Positions 36,124-48,931 of a stretch of DNA of 64,000 nucleotides are shown in pieces. Source of the stretch: Zygnema circumcarinatum SAG 698-1b (taxonomy: Eukaryota; Plantae; Zygnematophyceae); NCBI GenBank assembly GCA_037447605.1, contig CM074811.1:3100001-3164000 (forward strand), written 5' to 3'. Positions within the stretch are counted from its first letter, which is position 1. The number at the start of each line of letters is the position of its first letter. The notes under the pieces were generated by a model that searched no databases, was not told where the DNA came from, and saw only the letters and a list, made by a program, of their open reading frames with translations. The position numbers were made by a program, and so were the translations under genes.

Positions 36124-38867
36124 ATGGCCGCCGCTTCGGGAAACTTTGTGGCCTGCGTCCGGCCAATGAGAGACGGGCACGTGGACAGCGGGGCTGCCAG
36201 GCGGCAGCAGCAGATTGGGCGTGGCCTGCGGACGGCGGGAGAGTGCCACACTTCATGTGAGAAGGATAGCCACCATTCCTGTCTCCCCCCCACCCTCTCT
36301 CTCACACTCTTTCTCTCTCTTTCCACTCACTCTCTCGCTCATTCTCTCCCTCCTCTACTGCCCCTCTCCTCTGTTCTCTCTCACTCTCCCTCTCCCCTTC
36401 TCTCCCTTTCCTTTCTCGCACTCTACCTTTCCTTTTCTTGTTCCCTCTCCCTCTTTCGCTTACTCCCACTCACCTCTCCCTGCCCACTCTCCCTCTGTCC
36501 TTTCTCACTCTCTCCCTCTCCCTCACGCTCTTCCTTCCTCCCTCTATTAGAAGTTAGAATAATACTTTAGTTTCCAGCATACAGTCATGCACATGTCTCA
36601 CATTGCGATACGAAGCTTTCAGCTCTAATTGCAGGAACTCGCAAGTTAGCTCCTCTAACTTGCCATACTTTTACAATCAGATTCAAAACTTTTCTGAAAC
36701 GTTTTGATTATTATGTCTTGAGGTCAAGCGATTTAATGCTCGATAATGCAACCACATTGTGTTCCTGCTTGAAAATCTTCACTTTGTGTTCCTGACGTGT
36801 CAAATCCCTCAAGACCCTACCAGCTCAGTGAATTCTCCAAGCAATTCTAGGCATCCTAATCAGTCCTTCTCCCCCCCTCTCTCTCTATCTATCTCTCTCT
36901 CCCCCCTCTCCCTCCCTCTTACTCTTCCTCTCTTTCTATCTCTCTCCCCACTCTCTCCCTTTTCCCCTCTCTCTCTCCCCCCCTCTCTCACTCACTCCCT
37001 CCCATCCTCCCCTCCTCTCACTCCCTCTCCCCCCCTTCTCTCTGCTTACTCCCATCCCTCCGATCAGACAGCAGGTGCCAAATCCCAAGAACAGTCCGAA
37101 CCCACGCCAACTTAGCAGCAGGCCGCGACAGATCCACCGGTGGATCCAGCGGTGGATCCAGCTCCCCCCCCGCCGTCCCGGGTGGATCCGGCGCGGTGGA
37201 CCTGGTGATCCGCGAGGTGCAGCCGGCGGAGTACTGGGCGGAGGCGGAGGTCCACTGCGCCTCCTTTTACCCAACGGCGGACTTCCCGCTCGACGCCATC
37301 ACGAAGACGGACAGGTGGGGGGGCGGGGGGGGGGCTAAAACCCTAAAATCCTAAAACCCTAAACCCTAAAACCCTAGACCTTAAAAGCCGACTTAAAAGC
37401 CTAAAACCCTAAAACCCTAGACCTTAAAAGCCGACTTAAAAGCCTAAAACCCTAAAACCCTCAAACCCGATCTGAAAGCCTAAAACCCTAAACAATGAAA
37501 GCCGACCTGAAAGCCTAAAACCCTAAACCTTAAAGCCGACCTGAAAGCCTAAAACCCTAAACCCTAAAAGCCGGCCTGAAAGCCTAAAACCCTAAACAAT
37601 GAAAGCCGACCTGAAAGCCTAAAACCCTAAACCTTAAAGCCGACCTGAAAGCCTAAAACCCTAAACCTTAAAAGCCGACCTGAAAGCCTAAGACCCTAAA
37701 CCCTAAAAGCCGATTGAAAACCCGAAATCACCATTCTCATTCTGTCCTCTCTCTCTCTCTCTCTCTCTCTCGATCCCACTTTCTCCCCTTGACTTCTTCT
37801 CCTCCTTTTTCCTCTTCTTTTTCCAACCTTTCTCCTCCTTCCCCCCCTCTCTTTTTTTTTTAATTTTGGTGATGGGCAGAGTGAGCTCCTTACTGGGCTA
37901 CCTCGGGATGCTGCCCGGAACCCAAAAAAAATGTTTTGTCGCCGTTACAAGGACTGGCGACATGGAACCAACGGAAGAGTACGATTCCGAAAAATCGATT
38001 CCGGGGGGCCCAATTTTAAGACCTTTTTTCGCCTCTTTTATAGTGGGAATACCGCAGCCCTCGTGGTTCCTCCGTCACGTCACGGGGCTCCATGGCGTGG
38101 TCGGTTCCGTAACCGTTGACAATGCGGCGGAATTTCTGCCACGGAAATATCCGGGCAGGAGGAGAAGGTGGGTCTTCCACTCTTTCCCCTCTCTCTTTCT
38201 CTCTCTCTCTGTCCCTCCCAACTCCATCTCTCCTTCCTCTTTCTCCCTCTTTCTCTCTCCCTCCCTCTCCCTCTCCTCTCAATCTCTCTTTCCTCTCCCT
38301 CTATCGACCCCCCTCCGCTCTCTCTCTCCCTCCTCGCTCTTCCCCCTCTCCCTCTCTCGTTCTCTCTCTCTCCAGTCCCTCTCCTTCCTCTTTCTCTCTC
38401 TTTCTCTCTCTCTCCCCCCTCTCATCTCAATCTCTCTCTTTCCCCTCCCACTATCGCCCCCCCCCCCACTCGCTCTCTCTCCCCTCTCCCTCTCCCTCCC
38501 TCTCCCACTCCATCTCCCTCACCCCCCCGAATCCTTGTCTCAAATTCGTCTTTTTATTTCGGTTTTGTGTTATTTTTTACATCCTTTCAGGCAAACTATG
38601 GCGTACATATCGAACATGGCTGTACGGAGCACGGAACGGCGGAAAGGAACTGCCCGTCGCCTTGTACGGAAAGCGGAGGAAATTGCGAAAAGTTGGGGCT
38701 GCCGGTCCATCGCTTTGCATTGTAACAAAGAAAATATTGCAGCCATATGCCTCTATAGGAAGGAGGGGTATAAGGTGGTAAGGCCTCCTCTTGGAGCAGT
38801 GTGGCCCAAGCCTTGGGCGGAGGAGGGAGTAGAATTAGTACTCATGTTGAAGCTACTGACAATCTAA
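36124..38867 (+). CDS. GNAT-family N-acetyltransferase, resembling plastid-type At2g39000-like GNATs
   Basis: Exons read LVIREVQPAEYWAEAEVHCASFYPTADFPLD...DR|...KKCFVAV...GVVGSVTVDNAAEFLPRK|MAYISNMAVRSTERRKGTARRLVRKAEEIAKSWGCRSIALHC...NIAAICLYRKEGY (acetyl-CoA motif A, RRKGTA). Confidence 0.87.
37336..37712 (+). repeat. Intronic ~33-35-bp minisatellite (AAAGCCGACCTGAAAGCCTAAAACCCTAAAC), about 10 copies
   Basis: Read directly; begins just after the donor site of a GNAT exon. Confidence 0.9.
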
Positions 38868-39944
38868 GCAATGTACTGATATCGTTTTTCTTGAATTGGG
38901 AAAATAGTAGAGTTGGATGTGGGAGCACATTGGGCGGTGTTGGACTTCATCGAATTTAGTATGTGTTTGAGATTTGACTTTGTGGTTCTTCTTTTTGGGT
39001 TCATCCCATACACCTTGGTACTCTCTCCCTCTCTCTCGCTCTCTGTCTCTGTCTCTTTGCCTCTTGGAAAGCCCTCTCCCTCTCCCTCTCGTTTACCCTC
39101 TCCTCCTCCCTTTTCACTTTTCCAATCGATCGCCCTGTCAGTCGCAACCCCTCTCCCTCTCTCTCCGTGTCCATTTCTCTCTCCCCCACCCTCTCTTTGT
39201 TAGTCCTTCCCCCTCCCCCTCCCCATTACTCGCTCTCCTTATCCCTCCCAATGCTAATCCCTGCCAGTCCTCCTCCTCCCTTGACTTCACTCTGTCAGTC
39301 CCTCTCCTTGTACCCCATACCCCCCTTCCCGTAACTTCAAGAGAGAGAGCGAGGGAGGGAGAGAGGGAGGGAGTGGAATACAGAAGTGGAACTCTCGCCC
39401 CTCTACATACAGACTTCACCAGTTTAAAGATAACCTCAAAACCGATCTCAAGAATCTCAGAGAAAGAAACACAAAATTTTAGAAAACTCGACAAGAAAGA
39501 ACAGAAAAGATCATAAATAAAATGTCACAACCTCATTGAAGGAAAAAAAAAAAAGTGAACACGTGCTCCATTTTTTTCCGGGCCATCGAACAAAGGGTAT
39601 CACAAAACAAGGTGATGTTGAAAAAAAAAAAAAAACAGTTGAACGCCTCAAGACCTTGGAAACCAGTTTTTTGAACGAGTTTTTTGTCCTATCTCGATCG
39701 AAAAAAGGAGATCCAAATGACCTTTTATTCTGCAACCTCCTCTCCACTCCTCCCTCCCTCTAAATAATATAAAATATAAAAGTGTCACCAATTTCCCTCC
39801 CCCAAAAAACAGTCGCAATAAAGTATTGCTTCAAATCAAATTGTTCCCCTCCCCTCCCCCTTCCCAGCCCCTCCCAATCACCTACTTTTTAGGGTTTAAA
39901 ACAAACAAAAAAAATAATCGAAACCTAAACATTCTAAATTCGAT

Positions 39945-42247
39945 TCACCCTGCCACGTCTGAAAACACGAAAGTACTTATCGACTTCCCCGGAAGGTTAA
40001 TTTTCACTATTGAAGGAAGTCTCACTCCTGAGCTGCTCACCGTCTTATGATTTTCATAAACAGAAGTTCTATACACACTCATTCTCGAACTCCCCTTCGT
40101 TTTGACCTGAATGTTCAACCCAAAAAACTGAACTCCCTGCATGTAATTGGCGACTACAACGGTTAACTGAGACTGCCTGGGGTCATATGCAGCTACGAGT
40201 CCGTAATTACAGGCACTGTCAACCTTTAACGGAACGGAGCCCGGTCTTATATGCTTCGTAAACTGCATCAAAGCGTAATACTGAGGTCCTATCTCATAGA
40301 TAAGCCTCCCCTTCCGTTCCATGTCAGTAAAAACGAGCCCCCACTGTTGAACTGTTTGGTGCTGTTCTACCACTTGCCAGTAAGACCAAGATGAGGTTTC
40401 CAGCACATTCATATCCATCATTACTTGGCGAGCTAACCCTAAAGCAAAGTCAAAAGCTGAACCCTTAAGCCCATAGGGACCCCACTCAGAAACCACCACT
40501 TTTTTCTTCTTAGATTTCCCCAATTTTGCTATTTTTGACCTCCAGTTTACTTGTCTCGCATAGGAAGCTCTCACAGCTGCTGTTTCATAGCTGTGAACAT
40601 TCAGTTGAGAAACTCTACCGAGAATTTTTCGACTCTCCAATAAGAGGGATGGTATTCCGACCCGAAGAGTCAAAGAAGGCGAGAGTAGTGGGGGCTCCTG
40701 ATTTTCTTAAGGAGTGATGTATGATGGGAATGAAGGAAGCTATAGAGCTGCTTTTCATATTACATCCCTCTTGAAGACCCCCCAATAGCCAATGCCCCTC
40801 CACAGCTTCATTGATAGGTTCTAATGTCTTAAAAGTGACCCCCCATTTCTGTCGATAAAGAGTCACCACCTGCACTAAGTAATTCGCAAAAGAACGATAC
40901 TTTTCCGGCGCTAAATTGTCTTCATATCGATGCCGTGAACCTGTAAAACTCTTAGTAATAGTCATGTATGCAGGAGGGGAGTTGGAAAAAGCTTCAAATT
41001 GGTTTGCTCCTCTATCTCGGGCAGCGAGTAAAACTTTTCGTTGGTTTGCATCTTGGGAGGGGTCTATGGGGGACCTTTTGTTCCATTTGAAGCCGGGCAT
41101 AGCTCTGTACTTTAAGAATCCTTTGAATTGGGAGTGGGAGTGAGGGGAGTATCCTCCTCCCCCTATATTGTAGCGAGCAATGTTGAGACCAAGGCCGGAA
41201 TCAAGACGGAAAAAAAGGTCCATTAAGAGGTTGAAGTCTTGGTCGTTTAAGCCGCCGGCCCAGTTGGCCCACCTGTGAGAGAGAGTAAAATAAGGAGAGA
41301 AATGAAGGGGAGAGAGAGGGGGAAAGAGAAGTGGTGAGGGAAGGGTTGAAGGCAGGGAAGGACTGGAATGAAGTTGATTCTCCCTCTCCCACTCCTGCTC
41401 TTACTTTCTCCCCCTCCCTCTCTCTTCCTCCCTCCCTCCCTCTCTCTTCCTCCCTCTCTCCCTCTCTCCCGCTTCTCTCCAACTTTCTCTTGCTGTCTTG
41501 CCCACTCGTCTCTCTGTCCCTCCCACTCCTCTCTCCCTTCCCCCCCCTCTCTCTCTCCCTGTCCTCCTCTCTCCCTTCCCCCCCCTCTCTCCCTCTCTCT
41601 CCCCCTTTCCCTCCCTCTCTCTCTCTCTCTTTCTCTCACCATGCCAGCGACGTGCCCCATCCATCCCACGTGGTTCCAATCCCCTTGCCGCTGTTGATCA
41701 CAACGTTCCCTGCCCCACAAAACCCCCAAAAGTTCCATTTTCAGTACTTGGAAAGTTCCGCAAAAGCTTTCCGCATAACAACGCCTACTGGAAATGCCAC
41801 GTGGCGTTCTAGCATGCTTGCCACTTGTCAAACGGACTTCAGGGAGAGGGAAGAGGAGGGAGTGAGAAGAGGGAGAAAAAATGGAAAAATTGAAAGTGAA
41901 ACTGAATCTTTGGGACGGAAGAAAATGACAACCTGCGCTTTTAAGGAAAGGGAGAAAGAAGGGGGGGAAAGATAAAGGATTAAGAATGGAAAAAAATCGA
42001 AGGAAATATATTTCCACATATAGTCCGTACCTGCCACATTGGGGCACGTGGGGACTTCCGGGGGATCGGCGGCGACGAGAGAGCAGGCGAGCAGGAGGAG
42101 GAGGAGGGAGAGGGGGAGGGGAAGGGAGAAGGAGGGAGGGGAGGAGGAAGGAGGGGAGGGAGGGAGAGGGGGAAGGGGAGGGGTGGTGGGAGAGGTGGAG
42201 GTGGAACTGGAAATAGAGGATGGGAAGAGAGAGGCACTTCTAGCCAT
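39945..42247 (-). CDS. Secreted glycoside hydrolase family 30 (endo-beta-1,6-galactanase / GH30_5-like); apparent frameshift near 40620-40670
   Basis: Signal-like LLLLLLACSLVAA; WDGWGTSLAW|WA; LGLNIARYNIGGG; FEAFSNSPP; LEPINE (acid/base Glu); NVHSY; VSEWG (nucleophile Glu); WSYWQVV; YYALMQFTKHIRPG. Exons ~42030-42247, 41640-41709 and 39945-41272. Confidence 0.85.
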
Positions 42248-44334
42248 GGGAACGAAGAGACTATCACTCTCGCTCCTCTCTCTTTCTATCTCGCTCTCTC
42301 TCCTCTCTCTCTCTTTCTCTCTCCTCCCCTCTCTCCCTCTCCGTCTCCCTCACTCTCACTTTAATGTTAAGGTCTGCAGATGAAAACCCCAGATTAGACC
42401 CTCTCTCTCCACTCCTCCCTCACTCTCTACTCGCTCTCTCCTCTCTCTCTCTCCCTCTCCTTCTCTTGGCGGCGGTGTGCACCGCCAGAGAGGTTACTGT
42501 ACCCCGCCGCGACCTCTGGGATTCGGTTCGGTCGTGGGCAGAGATAGCATCAATTGTAATTACTTTGCTACAATAAATTGGAGATAAGAACGTTTTTTTC
42601 TGCCCGATATATCGTCCAATTGGCGATATGGCGGAGTCGCTGCTTTTTGTGGAAAACTCAACCAATAACTAGTGCGATTCATAAGTGTAAAGAACTCGAA
42701 TGATTGGTGGAGTTTTGGTCGGTGGGAGGTCGTACCTGGACCAGCCTGCCAGTGCCAACGTGGACCAATGGCAGGGCAGAGTTTCAGATCAACGAGTCAC
42801 AACACGACACGTGGCAATTTAATATAAAAGGTAGAGTCTAAAATTTTTGGCTGCCCGCGAAATAGCACTTTTTTGCGCGCTTCTGATTGGTCACCGATCT
42901 GTCTGTCTGGCGCGTAGTGGCCGGCCGGCAGGATTTGGGGTGTCCGTACGGTATGAAATACGTACAGTACAGTACTGTACTGTACAGAAAATGTCAAAGA
43001 TTCTGTACATTTTATCACTTGCCAGATTTGTCGTTTTGTGCAGCGCCACCTTCGGTGTTCAAATGATGGCCGGCCGTTCCTCGCCAAGGGAGAGGATCTA
43101 TGTCACCCAGTTCCGTATTTCAAAAAATTGACAAAACGGGCCAGGATATGTACAAGGAAACTGTTCGACGTTATGGGTGTGCGCTTTATAGGTTTTGAGC
43201 GAATCGGAACACGACACGTGTCAATAGTAACCAATAGGGTGCGTTTGAAAAATGAAGTGTTTCGTACAGAGCTTGGCAGGAACGGCACCGTAGAGTACTG
43301 TACGGTACAGTACGAATGCAAACACAGCAAATAACGTACTGCCACGTGGCACTTAACAGAGGGACGGAAACGGTGTCAGGAAATCAGAATGGCGACGGAT
43401 TGGTACGAAAACGTACGAATAAACAGCTACCGTACGAATTCATCGGGTAAAGATCAACTCTAGTGGACTCCCCGACCAAGATTTCCACGAGCAGGATCCA
43501 CCTCGGGATCAACCGTGAACTGCGGACTGGTCAAGCGACCGTTGAGCGATAACGGGACTGTGTACCAATTTCTGCCACAGCGAACGGTGTGCATCGCTGG
43601 AGCGAATTTTTCGGAAGCTGTAAAGTGGTTTAATTTTTTAGTACATGCATTTAAAAAAAGAAAACCACAGGGAATTCCAACAGGCCTAATTTTAAAAATA
43701 TTTATTCCTTCTATGAGTATATCTTAAAAAACAAAAACCCCCTTTTTTTTTTTTACCTCCTGTCTGAACGAACCCAAGGACCGCTTCACTCTGAGAATCA
43801 TGGAACAGTATATTTATTTATACTCCAATCACTCCATTTATTTATTTATTTACATATTATAGACATATTTCTATTTACTTTATTTACTATTCTGCACAGC
43901 CCCCCATTTCCCCATTGACATATTTACAGCGACTGCATGCGGCTGTTATTCTGCACTGCATGGAACCACCCCCTGCCTGCCCTAATGCAGCCTTCTGCTA
44001 GACCTTTATTTTCCGTATCAATCTCAATATTTAATATGACTATGCTTATTTACTCGCCTCTGTCCTTCACTCTGTTCAGTAACCCTAAAAACCCTAATCC
44101 CTAGCCCCTAAACCCTAAAACCCTAAACCCTGAACCGCAAACCCTAAAACCCTCCAGCCCTAAAAAAAATATATTTACGCATCTTGCTCTCTCATACCCG
44201 CTGGTCACATCTAACCCCGTTCCGTTCCATTCCACTCCGTTCCGTTCAGTTCCTTTCGGTTCCGTTCCGTTCCAGTTTCCTCCGTTTCCGTTTCCTCCAC
44301 CCACATAACTGTTTTTTTTTTCTTTTCCCTTTGT

Positions 44335-46043
44335 TCAATTCCCGCTGCCCGGCGGCCTCCCCTCCGCGCAGAGGCGGAGGTAGTCCCGGGCGGGTCCGTA
44401 CACTCCGCGGATTCCCTTGTAGTCCAAAACCTCCGCCGGGAGGGCTTCTATGGCCTCCAAAAACTGTTGGGCCAAAACGGAACGGCCCGCGAACACATGG
44501 AACGGCTTCACATGCGTTCGGATGGTGAACAGAATCGCCTTCGTCCTGTTGGGGACGGAAATCGAAACACATGGAACCCCAAATTCCGCCCCAAGGAACG
44601 GAACACGCAACGGAAAGCAATGAGAGCATGGAATCGCGGTCCGTCGTAACAAACTGAAACTGAGCAACATAGAACTGCAAAAAGGAGTCCGCTGGAGGGA
44701 ACTCTGGAGGGGATTCGGGTTTTTAGGGTTTTGAGAGGGCTGTTAGCGTTTTTAGGGTTTTAGGCTTGTAGGGTTTTAGGGTTTATAGGGTTTTTAGGGT
44801 TGTCCCTCACTTTGGGAAGCGTACGAGCGTCTCCCTCTCGCTCCTTGTAAAGAGGCGCCCTCCCGCGCTCTGCGCTGTGATTGGCTCCTTCGGCTGCCTC
44901 ACTTCGCCACCGCGTAGTCCGTACACATCTTCCTGTTCTCCAAAACACACACAAAAAAACAAACAAACAAACAAAACAAACAAAAAAAAACTAAATTCAC
45001 TGATTCCCCACAGGCCCAAAACTGTAAAAAGCCAAGGAAACCCTAAAAAAGCCGAAAAAATAAAACCCCAAATAGCACAGATTTCCATATTTTAGGTCTC
45101 CAAGAGCCCTAAGACAAAACAAACCCTAAAGTCCATAGAGGCTGTAGAAACCCTAGCTGTGACCTAAAACCTTAAACCCTAAACCCTAATTTCGAGTTTC
45201 TCACCTCACTGAGGGGCTGGTAGAGGGAGGGGTCGTCCCTTATGCTCCAGTTCGCACGTGCGAAGGACTTTTCTTCCGTTAAGCGTTGCATGAAAGCCGC
45301 CGTCGATTTTCCGATTTCTTTTTCGTATAACGGAACTGGCTTGTGAATTTCGTGCATGTCCATTCCAATTTTTTCCAGTAACTGCCATCCCTGCGGAAAA
45401 AGTACGGCTCCGGCCACAAATTTCATCACTCCGTCGACTTCCAACATCAAACAAAGGTCCTCCTGAACCCTCCCCCCCGAAAAAAAGGGGTTACAAAAGT
45501 GTAAAAATATACATGTATACATATACTTTATTTTAGTTATGCATAGAAAGGGCAGTAGGGAATGAGGGAAGGTTGTGTTCAGTCGGAGTGTTCTATGGCA
45601 GTTGCAGTTCTGTTTCAGTTCAGTTCCGTTTCTCAACTTCGATAGTGTAGCTAGCTCTGTACGGTAAAATTAAGCAAATTAAGGTTCTTAAGTCTTAGGG
45701 TTTTGGAGTATTCACAGATTTGGGGAATTGGAGGCTGAAGGGTTTAGGGTTTTGGAGGGGGAGGGGTGGTGGTGAAGAGCGGGTTTCCGGAAAAGCGGGC
45801 AGGGGGGATGCACCTGCACGAGGAGGGCGGCAACGTGGAGAGGGTCGAGGGAGGGGTCGCTGAGGTCCCACTCGTCGCCAGTCACGCGGTTGGTCAGACG
45901 GCGGCCGGCCAGGGCGAAGCTGCGGGAGGGAGGGAGGGAGGGAGAGAGGGAGGGAGAACAAGATGGGAATGTATGAAAACGGGAAAGGGAGAGTGAGTGG
46001 ACGAGAGAGGGAGAGAGGATGGGAATCGAGCAAGAGAGCGAGC

Positions 46044-46079
<36 letters not shown>

Positions 46080-48182
46080 CAGAGAGAGACAGAGAGAGAG
46101 AGAGAGACAGAGAGAGAGAGAGAGACCCACATGTCAGGAAAGCGAGCAGGCAGAAACTCCACCAAGAGGTCGAGCAGCTCTTTCTTCGCCTCCTCCGCCA
46201 GTCCCGGCATGCTCGCCAGAACGGTTTCCTTGTGGGTCCGTAACAGTTCGCGGCGGATGGCCATCTCCTCCGCATAGAACGCGTCGATTTGGATCCAATC
46301 ATTGGGCAGCAGCGGGTGCAGGCCCATCGTCATCTTGTACGGAACTTTGAACGGCAAATATTCGTAGTGGCCTGCTCGCTCGCGGCCAAAGAGGAAAGAG
46401 AAAAAAACAAAAAAAAAATCGAAGGAAACAAAGGAAGCGGCTAAGTGGCAATTGATATTTTTTCTTTTTTTGTTTAAATAAAGAGGATAATAGGATGAGG
46501 AATGAATGCATGTGTGAAGGATCGGCATGAAGCATCGTTTATGTCGCCTAAAACCCTCAAATCCTAAACAACAAATACTAGAACCTACACCAAAATCCTA
46601 AATCCTTTACCCCTAAACCTTTAGCCCTAAAACCCTAAAACCTAAAACCTAAACTCGAAAACCCTAATCCCTAAGCACGAAACCCTACAACCCTGAACTC
46701 TTGACCTTAAACCCTCAACCCTAAACCCTAATCTCTGAACCGTAAGCCCTGAAGCCGTAAATTCTTGAACCCGACCCCCGGTTGAATTCCTCAACTCTTA
46801 CACCCTAAACCCTAACCCTATAATCTAAAAATCCTAAACCCTAAAAACACTAATCCCTGAACCTTGAACCCTAAAAAAACCCTGAACTCTAAACCCTAAA
46901 AATTCTGAACCCTAAACCCTAAAAACCCTGAACCCTTAACCCTTAAAACCCTGACTACACCTTAAAACCCTAATCCCTGGACCCTTAAAACCCTAATCCC
47001 TGAACCCTAAACCTTAAAACCTAAAACCCTAATCCCTGAACCCTAACTCCCCCATAACCCTCCCCCCTTTCAATCCCTCCCAATTGCGACAAGGACCTCT
47101 AAAACCCTAATCCCTAAACCCTAAACCTTAAACCCTAAAACCCTAATCGCTGAACCCTAACCCCCCCATAACCCTCCCCCTTTCAATCCCTCCCAATTGC
47201 GACAAGGACCTCTAAAACCCTAATCCCTGAACCCTAAACCCTAAACCTAAAACCCTAATCCCTGAACCCTAACCCCCCCACAACCTTCCCCCCTTTCAAT
47301 CCCTCCCAATTGCGACAAGGACCTCTCCTCCCCTCCCCTCTCCCTCCCCCCCCGCCTTCGCCGCGTTTCCATGCCCCGCAAATTCCGTTACCGTCGCCGA
47401 TCGGCGGCGGCTTCAACGGATCCGCCGACGGAGCGGGCGCATGTGGACCCGTTCTCAGTTTCTCCTGCCCAGCGGCCACCCCCGCCGCCTCCGCTCGGTT
47501 TTGTCGTTTTGCGGTGCGGAGGGCGTCTCCATGGAATCCGAACGGACACTTTCCGGCGCTGACTGTCACTGGAACGGAAACTGGAACGGAACGGATGGTT
47601 CTATGCATGGAGATCTGCGGGCGGGGAAGAGGGACCCATGTGAGGATGCGCTTTCATGCTGATGAGGAGGGAATTGAGAAGCATGAAGATGGAATTTTTT
47701 TTTTTTTTTAAATTAAAGAGAGAATTAGTGACAGGCATAGTAGGTTTAGAGTTTTTAGATTTTTCTTAGGCCTCGATCACGCAAAATAGCCTTAAATTTG
47801 AAGCGTAGTTTACTGTGAACATTAAAGTTATATATATAAAAAAAATGTGGAATGTTTTTTAAAGAACTGAAAAGTGTCACGTTCTGAAATGCTCACCCTG
47901 AAAATTTCAGAAATATGAATAACCCAAAAAATTGAGAAATTCGGTAATTCATAAAGACTCAAATTGACACTCGAACTTCACCTCAATTGCCCGATCAGTT
48001 TACAATTAAAATTTAGTTTTCTTTGTTTATCAACGAATAATTTAAAAAGAAAAAAAAGAAACATTCACCTCGCGACCATCAGAAGCACCTCCCCCGATAA
48101 AAGCGACCTCTCTTCGGCCTTCCAAATTCCCATTAAAAAAATTGGAATTCGACGAAAACATTGACTGAAATGCGTCGGCCAT
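44335..48182 (-). CDS. DUF3445 / heme-dependent oxidative N-demethylase alpha-subunit-like protein; start exon tentative
   Basis: Exons read PYKMTMGLHPL...WIQID..YAEEMAIRRELL...LLVEFLPARFP|...LHVAALLVQ|EDLCLM...AGAVLFPQGWQLLEKIGM...IHKPVP...RANWSI|RSERETLVRFPK|TKAILFTIRTH. Confidence 0.85.
47050..47330. repeat. Three tandem ~110-bp copies of an intron segment (CCCTCCCCCTTTCAATCCCTCCCAATTGCGACAAGGACCTCT + telomere-like filler)
   Basis: CAATTGCGACAAGGACCTCT occurs at ~47081, ~47194 and ~47307. Confidence 0.85.
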
Positions 48183-48411
48183 TCCCTTCCTGCCGGTCCC
48201 AAAACCTAAAAAAATAAATGCAGACAAATTTCAAATGTTGACCGAAATTTAAATTTTCTGCCCCCTCCGCTGGCTTGCCTTTCTCAAAGAGGGAGAGGGA
48301 GAGAGGGGGGAGGGGAGGGGGTGTACGGAAACGTACGAAAGTGACAGAAATATTGTACGGATGAACAGTTCGTACAGAAAGTACACTGTACGGACTGCCT
48401 CAAGTTGTCAG

Positions 48412-48572
48412 TAGGGGGTGTCAGACTTAAAAAATTTCAGTACGCGTGTTCGTAAGTTTGACATCAGAACGAGTACTCCAGTATCATCGCGATCCTCCTG
48501 CGGCGGAGTACTTTCGTAACCTTTTTTTTCGTAACGCTTTTCGTAAGATTTTGTTAAGTCTGACACCCCCTA
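48412..48572. mobile_element. 161-bp MITE with ~19-bp TIRs
   Basis: TAGGGGGTGTCAGACTTAA ... TTAAGTCTGACACCCCCTA. Terminal TA could be the TSD; no 8-bp TSD is visible. Confidence 0.85.
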
Positions 48573-48931
48573 GTGGCCGCAGAATCGAACGGACGATTTT
48601 CTTCACTTGCATGATTAAATTTTCTTAATAAGTACTCTTCTAGAGACAAACCGCTATTTTTTCAGAATACTTATTTTGGCATCAAATAGGCGAAGGTTTT
48701 CTCTACAAACTCCTGACGATGTTTTTCCCTCTAAAGAAAAGAAAGTCTGACAGACCCCCTGGTACGGTCAAGTACTGTACTGTACAGTACAGTCAACAGT
48801 CCTCATATTTTCCACCCTGTACAGTGTGTCCCCAAGAAATTCGGCCCGATTTTGCCGAAACCACCCTTTTGTACGGTAACTCTGTGTTAGCCGTAGTACC
48901 CGTACTATCCGTACCCCTAAAACCCTAAAAC

